A stretch of 64,000 bases of DNA, taken from Kiritimatiellia bacterium. Lineage in GTDB: Bacteria > Verrucomicrobiota > Kiritimatiellia > RFP12 > UBA1067. Under the pieces are notes generated by a model. That model saw only the letters and a list, made by a program, of their open reading frames with translations. It had not been told where the DNA came from and did no database searches. The stretch lies in the NCBI GenBank assembly GCA_016296065.1, contig JAEDKA010000001.1, positions 68,591-132,590 of the forward strand, given 5' to 3'. Positions 43,161 through 52,368 of the stretch are shown here, piece by piece. The stretch's first letter is position 1; every line of letters begins with the position of its first letter. The position numbers and the translations under genes are program-made.

Positions 43161-46100
43161 ATGAAAACACTACTCAGACAACTGCTGGCCACGGCCGCTG
43201 TCTTTGCGACTGCTGTCGCGTGCGCCGACGGCGGAGTGCAACCGCTCGACCTCTCCGACATCGCGGCATCGCGCTGCATCGCCGGCAACACTGCGGCGGG
43301 AACGCCGTCGACCTACAACAACCGCGGCGCGGTGTGCGCATTCAACGGAAGCGGAATCGCCGCGGACGGCACTTGCGACGTGACTGCGGACAACGAGATG
43401 TTCATGCTGTCATCGAACGCTTCTGGATCATTCCCGTGGTACATTCAGGTCGATCTCGGCAAAGTCGTCCGTCTCGACGGCGTGAGGCTCTACAACTTCA
43501 ACTTTGCAAAGAATGGGACGACCTTCACGGAGCGTGGAGTCAGGGAGTTCAAGCTGTATGTCTCCACTGGCGACGGATGGAAGACGTCGGCAGCCGACAT
43601 CCAGTCGAACTATTCGCTCGTCCTCTCCAACCGCCTCGCGCGTGCAACCGGCACGGACGACTACGCGGGCGAATACTTCCAGTTCGACAGGCCCGCCGCC
43701 GCTCGTTATGTCGCGCTCGTCGCGCTTGACGACTGGGATGACGGAAAGGCTGTGCTGAACTACAACGGCATTTCCGAGATTCAGCTCTTCCCAGCGGAGG
43801 ATCTGCCGCGCTTCTCCGTCTGCTGCGTCGGCGACTCGATAACGGAGGGTGCGAACTATGCCGGAGCGGCGCACAAGTGGACGTACCGCACGTACCTTTC
43901 CGCAATGATCGCCGAGAGCGGATTCGGCGACGTCGAATGGAAGGGCTCGCATGTTTCGCCTAATTCCGGCAACGATCTTCCGAACGAAGGCTGGAGCGGA
44001 AAGAACGCGGCGGAAATTGCCTCGCAATACATTGCAAACGCAGAAAACGATAGGGCGGATGTCCTTCTCCTCCATGCCGGACACAACTACAACGTCGATC
44101 CAGATACTGCCAATCCTGCGTACAGGCCAGAAACGGAGATAATCGCCGCCGCGACGAACGCTCACGCGCGCATCATAGCCGCTGCTCGCGCGCAGAATCC
44201 GAATGTCACGGTTCTTTATGCGAAGGTGATTACGAGTGGAAAGCTCCCCAAGTACAGCTACATTCCCGCGCTCAACGACGCAATAGGCGCGCTTGCCGCC
44301 GAACTGAACACTGCTGCCTCGCCGGTACGCGTCGTAGACATGGCGGACGGATGGGACTGGACAGTTCACTGCATCGACGACAAGGTTCATCCGACGGAGA
44401 CCGGAGCGCGGCTCATGGCGTCGAAGTGGTTTGCCGCGCTTGCAGCGTCGCCGTTCATGAGCGGAACGGATGCGCTCGTCGAGGCGGAGTCGTTTGCGGC
44501 GAAGGGTGGATGGGTTGTCGATCCGCAGTTCGTCGACGTGATGGGCTCGCCGTATCTTCTCGCGCACGGTATGGGCGAACCTGTCGCAGATGCGGCGACG
44601 AGTGTCGAGTTCGGCTTCGGCGGACTCGTCCGCGCATGGGTTCGTACCCGCGACTGGACTCCAGACTGGGATGGCGAGAAGCCAGGGCGCTTCCGCCTCT
44701 CCGTCGGCGGAGCTACGCTTCCCTCTACACTCGGCGTATCCCCTACCGACTGGGGATGGGTTGATGCGGGGATCATTCGCGTCGCGGCAGGTCCGCAGAC
44801 TGTCTCTCTTAAGGACCTCACGGGATTCGAGGGACGCTGCGACGCCGTGTACTTCACGTCCGTCGCCGCGACGAATCCGCCGCCGAACGATGCCGCCTCG
44901 CTCGCCGCGTGGCGCGCGGAGAAGCGCGGCGAATCCGCCGCGCCCGAAGATGTCGTCAATGCCGATCTCGTTGTCGTAGGAGGAGGAATCGCCGGCGTGT
45001 GCGCTGCAATCGCGGCGGCGGATGCGGGACTCTCTGTCGCAATCGTGCACGATCGCCCGATGCTCGGCGGAAACGCTAGCGACGAAATCCGCGTAAGAAC
45101 GGAGAACGAAGGCGACGAGTTTCACTGGATCGTGAAGGCCGTTAGGAACAACACGGTAAACGCTGCGGACAAGAAAGCCGACGACGCCAACAGACTTGCT
45201 GTCGTCGAGTCGTACGGCATCGCCTCGCACCTCGGCTGGCGCGCGTACGGAGTCGAGACGAACGCGCAGCGGAAGATTGTCGCGGTTGATGCACGGAACA
45301 TCGAAACTGGCGCGAGGCGCAGGTTCGTCGCGCCGCTCTACGTGGACTCGACGGGCGACGGTTGGATCGGATACTGGGCGGGAGCTGAATATATGCTCGG
45401 ACGCGAGGCGAAGACGGAGTTCGACGAGCCGACGCACGGACAGGACGTTGCGGACACGAGCACGATGGGCAACAGCCTCCTCTGGACGACAAAAACGGGC
45501 GAGACGGATTATGTGTTTCCGTCCGTCCCCTGGGCGACGAAGGTGAGCGGAAACCGTGCGGACACCGCAGGTGGCTGGCAGTGGGAGGCCGGGCTTGATC
45601 CAGAGGAAGACACGATCTACGACGCCGAGATGCTGCGCGACAGGCTTTTCCGCGCGATCTACGGAAGCTTCTCCAACACGAAGGCGAAGGCCGGGAACGA
45701 GAAGCTCGTCTTCAACTGGGTGCCGTATATCGCAGGCAAGCGCGAGTCACGCCGCATAGTCGGCGACTACGTCGTCCGCGAGAAGGACGTAATCGATCAC
45801 CGCCAGTTCGAGGACGCGATTGGAATCGCAACATGGTCCGTCGACCTTCACCGCAAGGACGGAAACTCGGGATTCATCGCCGCGACGACGCACTACAGGT
45901 ACGGCAGGTGGTGGATGCCCTATCGTTCGCTTTGCTGCCGCGACGTGCCGAACCTGTTTCTTGCCGGACGCTGCGCAAGCTACACTCACGTCGCCTTCGG
46001 GTCGAGCCGCGTGATGCACGCGGGCGGACAGCAGGGCGTCGCTGCGGGATATGCTGCTTCGCTCTGCAAGAAGTACGCGTGCTTCCCAAGCGAAATCTAC

Positions 46101-46997
46101 CGCGACGCCGCGAAGACCGTCGAGCTCCAGGCGCTCATCAACAAGAAGAACGAATATACATGGCCGAAGGTGGAGACTTCGAGGGAGGTTGCGTCCGTCA
46201 TCGTGGACAATGCGGATGCGTCGGGCGTTGAGATTTCCGGCGAGTGGCCGGTAAGCAACTACAACTCCGACCGCTATGGAGCGGACTATCTCCACAACAA
46301 TAAGATCGCGTCGAACGATCTGTGGGTCAGGTTCACTCCGGAGATACCGTCGAACGCGACTTATGTCGTGTCGCTTTTCTGGAACGGAGGCGACTCGCGC
46401 GGATCGGCTGTTCCAGTCGAAATTGTCTATGACGGAGGCGTCGCGACCAATTTAGTCGACATGACGCGAAAGTCGTCTGTCTGGAACGCGATCGGCAGAT
46501 GGCCGTTCAAGAAGGGGAATTCGGGATCTGTACGGATTCTAACCAACGGACAGAAGGACAAGACAGTCATCGCCGATGCGGTTAAGTTCGCGATCGTGGA
46601 GGAGCTCGATCCGCAGGACATCGACGGGAACGGTTTGCCCGATGCGTGGGAGCGCAGGCATTTTCTCCAGAACGGCGGAGTCGACCCTGAGGCTGATCCG
46701 GACGGCGACGGATTCTCGAACCGCGAGGAGTATCTTTCGGGGACGGATCCGAACGACGCGGGGTCGCCGCTTTATCTTTCGGATTTCGGTGCGTCCGGAA
46801 CGGAAATATCGATCACGTGGAAGGGCCTCGCGGGGCGGACCTACCGCGTGTACAGTTCTGAAACGCTTGATCTCGCGTCGTTCAAGCCTTATGGCGGATT
46901 TGTCGAAGGGACGAACGGGGAGATGAAGATTTCGCTGCAGTCAGCTTCGCCTTCGGCATTCTTCCGCGTCCGCGACGAGACGACGGCAATTGAATAA
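43161..46997 (+). CDS. Multidomain secreted protein: discoidin-like, SGNH hydrolase, CBM-like, FAD-dependent oxidoreductase (FAD_oxidored type), golvesin-C-like, TSP3-type Ca-binding repeats and a terminal beta-sandwich
   Basis: 1278-aa ORF. The signal is MKTLLRQLLATAAVFATAVAC (possible lipobox). SGNH motifs are CCVGDSITEG and DDKVHPTETG. The dinucleotide-binding motif is DLVVVGGGIAGVCAAIAAADAG. TSP3-like repeats read DIDGNGLPDAWE...DPDGDGFSNREEYLSGTDPND. The protein ends ...SAFFRVRDETTAIE. Confidence 0.85.
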   Translation: MKTLLRQLLATAAVFATAVACADGGVQPLDLSDIAASRCIAGNTAAGTPSTYNNRGAVCAFNGSGIAADGTCDVTADNEMFMLSSNASGSFPWYIQVDLGKVVRLDGVRLYNFNFAKNGTTFTERGVREFKLYVSTGDGWKTSAADIQSNYSLVLSNRLARATGTDDYAGEYFQFDRPAAARYVALVALDDWDDGKAVLNYNGISEIQLFPAEDLPRFSVCCVGDSITEGANYAGAAHKWTYRTYLSAMIAESGFGDVEWKGSHVSPNSGNDLPNEGWSGKNAAEIASQYIANAENDRADVLLLHAGHNYNVDPDTANPAYRPETEIIAAATNAHARIIAAARAQNPNVTVLYAKVITSGKLPKYSYIPALNDAIGALAAELNTAASPVRVVDMADGWDWTVHCIDDKVHPTETGARLMASKWFAALAASPFMSGTDALVEAESFAAKGGWVVDPQFVDVMGSPYLLAHGMGEPVADAATSVEFGFGGLVRAWVRTRDWTPDWDGEKPGRFRLSVGGATLPSTLGVSPTDWGWVDAGIIRVAAGPQTVSLKDLTGFEGRCDAVYFTSVAATNPPPNDAASLAAWRAEKRGESAAPEDVVNADLVVVGGGIAGVCAAIAAADAGLSVAIVHDRPMLGGNASDEIRVRTENEGDEFHWIVKAVRNNTVNAADKKADDANRLAVVESYGIASHLGWRAYGVETNAQRKIVAVDARNIETGARRRFVAPLYVDSTGDGWIGYWAGAEYMLGREAKTEFDEPTHGQDVADTSTMGNSLLWTTKTGETDYVFPSVPWATKVSGNRADTAGGWQWEAGLDPEEDTIYDAEMLRDRLFRAIYGSFSNTKAKAGNEKLVFNWVPYIAGKRESRRIVGDYVVREKDVIDHRQFEDAIGIATWSVDLHRKDGNSGFIAATTHYRYGRWWMPYRSLCCRDVPNLFLAGRCASYTHVAFGSSRVMHAGGQQGVAAGYAASLCKKYACFPSEIYRDAAKTVELQALINKKNEYTWPKVETSREVASVIVDNADASGVEISGEWPVSNYNSDRYGADYLHNNKIASNDLWVRFTPEIPSNATYVVSLFWNGGDSRGSAVPVEIVYDGGVATNLVDMTRKSSVWNAIGRWPFKKGNSGSVRILTNGQKDKTVIADAVKFAIVEELDPQDIDGNGLPDAWERRHFLQNGGVDPEADPDGDGFSNREEYLSGTDPNDAGSPLYLSDFGASGTEISITWKGLAGRTYRVYSSETLDLASFKPYGGFVEGTNGEMKISLQSASPSAFFRVRDETTAIE

Positions 46998-47018
46998 GTC
47001 CATCAACAAGACAACATA

Positions 47019-49085
47019 ATGAACACCATGAAGACAAAAATGATTCTCGGCACGGCCGCTCTGGCCGCAACGCAGCTCTATGCAGTTCCGACGGCCGCGC
47101 GCCGTGCGGAGGCTGTCGCTGAGGCGACGAAGATATACGAACAGCTCACGCCGGACGAGACCGTCCAGATGGCTATGATGGACAACCCCGAGATCAAGCG
47201 ACTGGGGCTTCCGCGCTTCCACTGGTGGAGCGAGGCGCTGCACGGATACGCACGCGCCGGGCTCGCGACCGTGTTCCCACAGGCGATAGGAGCTGGCGCG
47301 ACGTTTGACGCCGATCTTGAATTCCGCATGGCAGACGCCATATCGACAGAGGCGCGCGCAAAGGCGAATCTCTTCCGCGCGCGCAACCAGCGCGGCGGCA
47401 ACAGGTGCCTCTCGCTGTGGAGCCCGAACGTCAATATGTTCCGCGATCCGCGCTGGGGGCGCGGACAGGAGACGTTCGGCGAGGATCCGTATCTTTCCGG
47501 CGTGATGGGTTCGGCGTTCGTTAGGGGCATCCAGGGGGACGACCCGAAGTACTTCAAGGCTGTCGCGTGCGCGAAGCACTATGCCGTTCACTCTGGCCCC
47601 GAGAAGAAGCGCCACGAGTTCAACGTAAATGTCGACAAGCGCGATCTATACGAATACTATCTGCCCGCATTCAAGGCGCTCGTCTGCGATGCGGAAGTTG
47701 AAAGCGTGATGGGCGCGTATTCCGCAGTTAACGGCGAGCCGTGCTGCGCGAACTCGATGCTTCTAAAGGACATTCTCCGCAAGGAGTGGGGCTTCAAGGG
47801 GACCGTTGTGAGCGATGTCGGAGCCGTGGAGGACATTTCCGCAAAGCACCATTTCAAGGCCGACAAGGTCGAGGCGAGCCTTGCGACTATCGCGGGCGGA
47901 CTCGATCTCTGCAGCGAGGGAACGTACCACCAGCTGCGCGGTCCGATGAAGGAGGGGAAGATCAAGAAGGACCTTCTCAAGGACGCCGTCGTAAACATTC
48001 TCACGACGCGCGCGCTTCTCGGCGATCTCGACCAGAATGCAAAGACTCCGTGGGACAACCTCGGAGCGAAGGACATCGCCTCTCCGGCGCACAAGGCGCT
48101 TGCGCTTGAGGTCGCGGACAAGTCGCTCGTGCTTGTCAAGAACAACGGAATACTTCCGCTCGACATGTCGAAGATCAACACAATCGGCGTGTGGGGACGC
48201 GCGAGGGACACGAACGTCCTCATGGGCAACTACAACGGCGAGACGGACGATCCGGTGTCCGTGCTTTCGGGCTTCCTCCGCGAGGTTGGGCCTGAAATCG
48301 TCGTCGAGGAGGGTCATGGAGGAAACGTCACGATCGCCTGCCTCGGCATTTGCCCGAGCGACGAAGGCGAGGAGCACGACAAGAAGAGCCTCGCGATGTG
48401 GAGCAACCTTTCGAACCAGCTCAGGTCCGACCGCCAGAAGAATCCGAACAAGAAGATCGTCGGCGTCGTGTTCGGCGGAAGCGCGATCGACCTGCGCGAG
48501 GCGGCGGAGTTCTGCGACGCGCTTATCATCGCATGGTATCCTGGCGAGCAGGGCGGACGCGCGATTGCGCGCGCGATTCTCGGCAAGACGAATCCGGGCG
48601 GACGCCTTCCGATCACATACTGCAAGGACCCCGATCAGCTTCCCGACTTCGAGGACTACCGTCTTCCCGGACACAGCTACCGCTACATGGACTCCAATGT
48701 CCTCTTTCCGTTTGGCTACGGACTCTCCTACACGACGTTCGCCTATTCCGACATCCGCATGAAGAAGGGCGCGGACGGCTCGGTGAAGGTCGGCGCGAAG
48801 GTCACCAACACCGGCAAGATGGCGGGCGACGAAGTGGTGCAGCTCTATGTTCGCTCGCCGAAGTCTTCAGGCGACCGCCGTATTCACCATCTCGAAGGCT
48901 TCAAGCGCATCACGCTCAAGCCCGGAGAGACGAAGAACGCCGTCTTCACGCTTACGAAGGAGCAGCTTATGCAGTTCGGGATGGACGGCAAGCAGTCGCT
49001 CGCGAAGGGCACGTACGAACTCTTCGTCGGCGGCGGACAGCCCGGATGCACCGAAAATGTCCTAAGCGCAAAGGTTGACATGTAA
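47019..49085 (+). CDS. GH3 beta-glucosidase / beta-xylosidase (BglX-like), paralog set member 3
   Basis: 688-aa ORF. Motifs are PRFHWWSEALHGYARAGLATVFPQAIG, RDPRWGRGQETFGEDP and GTVVSDVGAV. Its TAA (49083-49085) abuts the next ATG (49086), giving TAAATG, which suggests translational coupling. Confidence 0.92.
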   Translation: MNTMKTKMILGTAALAATQLYAVPTAARRAEAVAEATKIYEQLTPDETVQMAMMDNPEIKRLGLPRFHWWSEALHGYARAGLATVFPQAIGAGATFDADLEFRMADAISTEARAKANLFRARNQRGGNRCLSLWSPNVNMFRDPRWGRGQETFGEDPYLSGVMGSAFVRGIQGDDPKYFKAVACAKHYAVHSGPEKKRHEFNVNVDKRDLYEYYLPAFKALVCDAEVESVMGAYSAVNGEPCCANSMLLKDILRKEWGFKGTVVSDVGAVEDISAKHHFKADKVEASLATIAGGLDLCSEGTYHQLRGPMKEGKIKKDLLKDAVVNILTTRALLGDLDQNAKTPWDNLGAKDIASPAHKALALEVADKSLVLVKNNGILPLDMSKINTIGVWGRARDTNVLMGNYNGETDDPVSVLSGFLREVGPEIVVEEGHGGNVTIACLGICPSDEGEEHDKKSLAMWSNLSNQLRSDRQKNPNKKIVGVVFGGSAIDLREAAEFCDALIIAWYPGEQGGRAIARAILGKTNPGGRLPITYCKDPDQLPDFEDYRLPGHSYRYMDSNVLFPFGYGLSYTTFAYSDIRMKKGADGSVKVGAKVTNTGKMAGDEVVQLYVRSPKSSGDRRIHHLEGFKRITLKPGETKNAVFTLTKEQLMQFGMDGKQSLAKGTYELFVGGGQPGCTENVLSAKVDM

Positions 49086-52000
49086 ATGAAGAAAAGCCTG
49101 TTCCTCATGATGTGCGTCCCTGCGTTCGCGGCTGTTGCCGCGGCGGGGGATGCGGCGCAGCCCGAACCGTGGGCCGACACGTCCGTAAATTCGATAAACC
49201 GTCTCCCGGCCGCGGCGTTTCTGCCGCCGCTTGCGGACGAGAAGGCGGCGCTTTCGGACGCGCTCGTCCCGGAGACACCGTACGTCAAGTCGCTCAACGG
49301 CGACTGGCGCTTCAAGTGGGTCGGCGATCCGGCGCGGCGTCCGCTCGACTTCTGGAAGGAGGATTTCGACGACTCGACATGGGGAACGATCGACGTTCCG
49401 TCCTGCGTCGAAATGCGCGGGTATGGAGTTCCGATGTACACGAACATCCGCTACCCGCACAAGATAACGCCGCCGAAGATACTCGACCGCGACACAGGAC
49501 GGGCGGACTACAATCCCGTGTCAAGCTACCGCACGACGTTCACCGTTCCGTCGGACTGGAAAGGCCGCGACGTCATCCTCCGCTTTGACGGCGTCTACTC
49601 GGCGTACACCGTCTGGGTCAACGGAAAGCGCGTCGGCTATGCCGAAGACTCCAAGCTACCATCCGAATTCGACGTCACGCCATACCTGAATGGGACCACC
49701 AATCGCCTCTGTGTTCAAAGTTTCCGCTGGTGCGACGGCAGCTATCTCGAAGACCAAGACATGTTCCGATTCTCCGGTATCTTCCGCGACGTCTCCATCT
49801 ATGCGCGCCCGAAGGATGGAATACGCGATGTCCTTGCTAGTACAAAGCTGAAAATTGAAAATGGAAAATGCAAAGAGGCTTCCATTACGTTAAAAGGCAT
49901 CGATGGGGATTGGAGCGCGACGCTGTATGACGCGGCTGGAAAGTCTATTGCATCTCTCAACTCTCAACTCTCGACTTTCAACTTTCAGCCTTCTTCTCTG
50001 CCCCGCCTCTGGAGCGCCGAGGATCCGTACCTGTACACCCTCGTCGTGAAGAAGGGTGATGACATCCGCTCGCTCAAGGTCGGCTTCAAGGAGCAGAAGG
50101 TCGTCGGGCACACGTTCATGGTAAACGGAATGCCGGTGAAGCTCAAGGGCGTTAACAGGCACGAGACGAATCCCGAGAACGGACGCACCGTTTCGCTCGA
50201 GGACATGGTGCGCGACATCACGCTGATGAAGCGCTACAACATCAACACCGTAAGGACGTCGCACTATCCGAACCACCATCTCTGGTACGATCTATGCGAC
50301 CGCTACGGACTTTACGTCGTCGCGGAGGCGAATGTAGAGGGGCACGAGCCAGCGTACGGCGACAACGGGCTAGGACGCAAGCCTGAGTGGGATCATACGA
50401 TCGTTGAGCGCAACGTCAGGCAGGTGCTTTTCTACCGCAACCATCCGTCCATCACGATGTGGTCGATGGGCAACGAGACAGGACACGGCGACTGCTTTGT
50501 CCATGCGATAGACGCAGTGCGCAAGCTCGATCCGGGGCGCCTCATCCACTGGGAGCGCGGCAACACGCTTGCGGACGTCGACTCGCGCATGTATCCCGAC
50601 GTCGACTGGGTGGACAAGAAGGGCAAGCTAGGCGACGGGCCGGCGAACGGCGAGACGATGGAGGACAAATACAGCCGCCCCGAGTCCGCGTATTCCGCAG
50701 GCAAGCCGTTCTTCATGTGCGAATACGCGCATGCGATGGGCAACGCGCTCGGAAACTTCCAGGAGTACTGGGACGTCATCTACAAGCACGAGTCTCTTGT
50801 CGGCGGCTGCATCTGGGATTGGATCGACCAGGCGATCTGGAAGGAGACGGACCGCATCGGACCCGATGGCAGGCCTGTGCGCGTTCTTGCGTACGGCGGC
50901 GATTTCGACGAACAGCCGAACGACGGTCCGTTCTGCGTGAACGGAGTCATCGATCCGGAGCGCAACGTCACGCCGAAGCTTCTCGAGGTCGGACAGGTCC
51001 ACCGCAATCTCATCGTGACGAAGCGCGACGACGGATCGTTCGAACTCCTGAACCGCAACTGCTTTACGGACGCAAATGCGTTCGACGGAAGCTGGGAGCT
51101 GATCGCGGACGGGCTGCCCGTCGCGAAGGGCGCGGTTAAGGTTCCGTCCGTTGCTCCGCTTGCGCGCGGCACGATCGAGGCCGTCGGACTTGCCGATGCC
51201 GTCGCTCGCCGTTCGAAGACGGAGGAGCTCTTCGTCAACTTCTCCTTCGCGACTCGGACAGACGCGCCGTGGGCAAAGGCAGGGTGGATCGTCGCTTGCG
51301 ACCAGATACAGCTGAGCGCCGGAGAGCGGAAGGCGAAATCTGTAGCCGCAGACGCTTCTGCCGTCCGCTTCGATTCAACCGACGACGCGCTTACCGTCAG
51401 CTGTGGAAAGACAGTCGCGACGTTCTCGCGAAGGACGGGCACGCTTTCGAAGCTCGTGATGGACGGGATGGCGATACTTTCCGATGCCGCTCCTGGGTTT
51501 GCGTCGGGTCCGCGGCTCACGTGTGCGCGCGGATTCACGGACAACGACAAGTGGATCGCGACGGGCGATTCGTGGCGCAACGAGAGATCGCGCAGCTTCT
51601 TCGGCTCGGGGCTCTCGCAGCTGCGCTACCATCCAGAGCCGCTAGTCGTCTCGAACGACACGGTGACGGCAGTAGTAGACGTCGCCGGCGCGAAGGGGTG
51701 CGGTTTCAGGCACACGACGAGCTGGACGTTCAATGCGGACGGATCAATCGACGTCGCCAACAAGTCCGAGCCGTACGGAAAGCTTCCCGTCCTGGCGCGT
51801 CTCGGCGTTTCTCTCAGGCTTTCGCCGGCGCTGGAGCGGATGAAGTTCTACGGACGCGGACCGCAGGAGAACTACATCGACCGCAAGACGTCCGCCTTCC
51901 TCGGCGTCTGGGAGTCGACAGTCACGGACAGGTTCGTGAGCTATGTGCGTCCGCAGGACAGCGGCATGGCGTGCGACGTGCGCTGGGCCGAGTTCACCGA

Positions 52001-52277
52001 CGAATCGGGACGCGGCGTTCGCGTGACTGGTCCGGAGCCTCTTTTCGTGCAGGCGCTGCACTACACCTGGGAGGACCTCTGGTTCGCTGCGTTCAAGAAC
52101 GGCGAGGACCGCTATCGCGCGGCGCTTGTGCCGCGTCCGGAGGTGTGCCTCAACATCGACGCTCGCCAGACTGGACTTGGCGGCGCCTCTTGCGGCCCCG
52201 GGCCGATGTGGAAGTACCGCTTCGATTCGTCTAAGCCCGTCAGCTGGACGTATCGGCTCGAGAGCGTCGCCCGGTGA
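49086..52277 (+). CDS. GH2 beta-galactosidase (LacZ-type architecture)
   Basis: 1063-aa ORF. Motifs are NRHETNPENGR, VRTSHYPNHHLWYDLCDRYGLYV, WSMGNETG, FMCEYAHAMGNALGN and GGCIWDWIDQ. The C-terminal small-chain-like domain reads VRPQDSGMACDVRWAEF. Confidence 0.92.
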   Translation: MKKSLFLMMCVPAFAAVAAAGDAAQPEPWADTSVNSINRLPAAAFLPPLADEKAALSDALVPETPYVKSLNGDWRFKWVGDPARRPLDFWKEDFDDSTWGTIDVPSCVEMRGYGVPMYTNIRYPHKITPPKILDRDTGRADYNPVSSYRTTFTVPSDWKGRDVILRFDGVYSAYTVWVNGKRVGYAEDSKLPSEFDVTPYLNGTTNRLCVQSFRWCDGSYLEDQDMFRFSGIFRDVSIYARPKDGIRDVLASTKLKIENGKCKEASITLKGIDGDWSATLYDAAGKSIASLNSQLSTFNFQPSSLPRLWSAEDPYLYTLVVKKGDDIRSLKVGFKEQKVVGHTFMVNGMPVKLKGVNRHETNPENGRTVSLEDMVRDITLMKRYNINTVRTSHYPNHHLWYDLCDRYGLYVVAEANVEGHEPAYGDNGLGRKPEWDHTIVERNVRQVLFYRNHPSITMWSMGNETGHGDCFVHAIDAVRKLDPGRLIHWERGNTLADVDSRMYPDVDWVDKKGKLGDGPANGETMEDKYSRPESAYSAGKPFFMCEYAHAMGNALGNFQEYWDVIYKHESLVGGCIWDWIDQAIWKETDRIGPDGRPVRVLAYGGDFDEQPNDGPFCVNGVIDPERNVTPKLLEVGQVHRNLIVTKRDDGSFELLNRNCFTDANAFDGSWELIADGLPVAKGAVKVPSVAPLARGTIEAVGLADAVARRSKTEELFVNFSFATRTDAPWAKAGWIVACDQIQLSAGERKAKSVAADASAVRFDSTDDALTVSCGKTVATFSRRTGTLSKLVMDGMAILSDAAPGFASGPRLTCARGFTDNDKWIATGDSWRNERSRSFFGSGLSQLRYHPEPLVVSNDTVTAVVDVAGAKGCGFRHTTSWTFNADGSIDVANKSEPYGKLPVLARLGVSLRLSPALERMKFYGRGPQENYIDRKTSAFLGVWESTVTDRFVSYVRPQDSGMACDVRWAEFTDESGRGVRVTGPEPLFVQALHYTWEDLWFAAFKNGEDRYRAALVPRPEVCLNIDARQTGLGGASCGPGPMWKYRFDSSKPVSWTYRLESVAR
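49954..49988 (+). repeat. Five tandem imperfect heptamers (ctctcaa ctctcaa ctctcga ctttcaa ctttcag) inside the beta-galactosidase CDS
   Basis: Read directly at 49954-49988. The repeat lies in a locally low-GC patch (about 49835-49995) and encodes ...SLNSQLSTFNFQ... Confidence 0.8.
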
Positions 52278-52296
52278 AGGCGCCTGCTTTTTTGCC

Positions 52297-52362
52297 TTGC
52301 GTAAATTTCACGATATTTTCTGCGTTGTGTTCACGCAGCAGAAATGTGCTATATGCTATAAT
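52297..52362 (+). promoter_or_regulatory. Promoter module copy 8, predicted leaderless start for CDS 52369-54423
   Basis: Unit 1 is TTGCGTAAATTTCACG (52297-52312) and unit 2 is CTGCGTTGTGTTCACG (52319-52334). A 32-nt spacer leads to TGcTATAAT (52354-52362). The spacer gaaaac is followed by ATG 52369, with no Shine-Dalgarno sequence. Confidence 0.6.
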
Positions 52363-52368
52363 GAAAAC

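Noticed and set aside
52278-52296. Terminator after the LacZ-type gene (aggcgcct palindrome followed by gctttttt).
   Set aside because: The stem would be only 3 to 5 bp, either through the aaggc/gcctt pairing with a 13-nt loop or through the 8-nt self-palindrome. That is too weak to call. The T-run may simply be part of the AT-rich region upstream of module copy 8.
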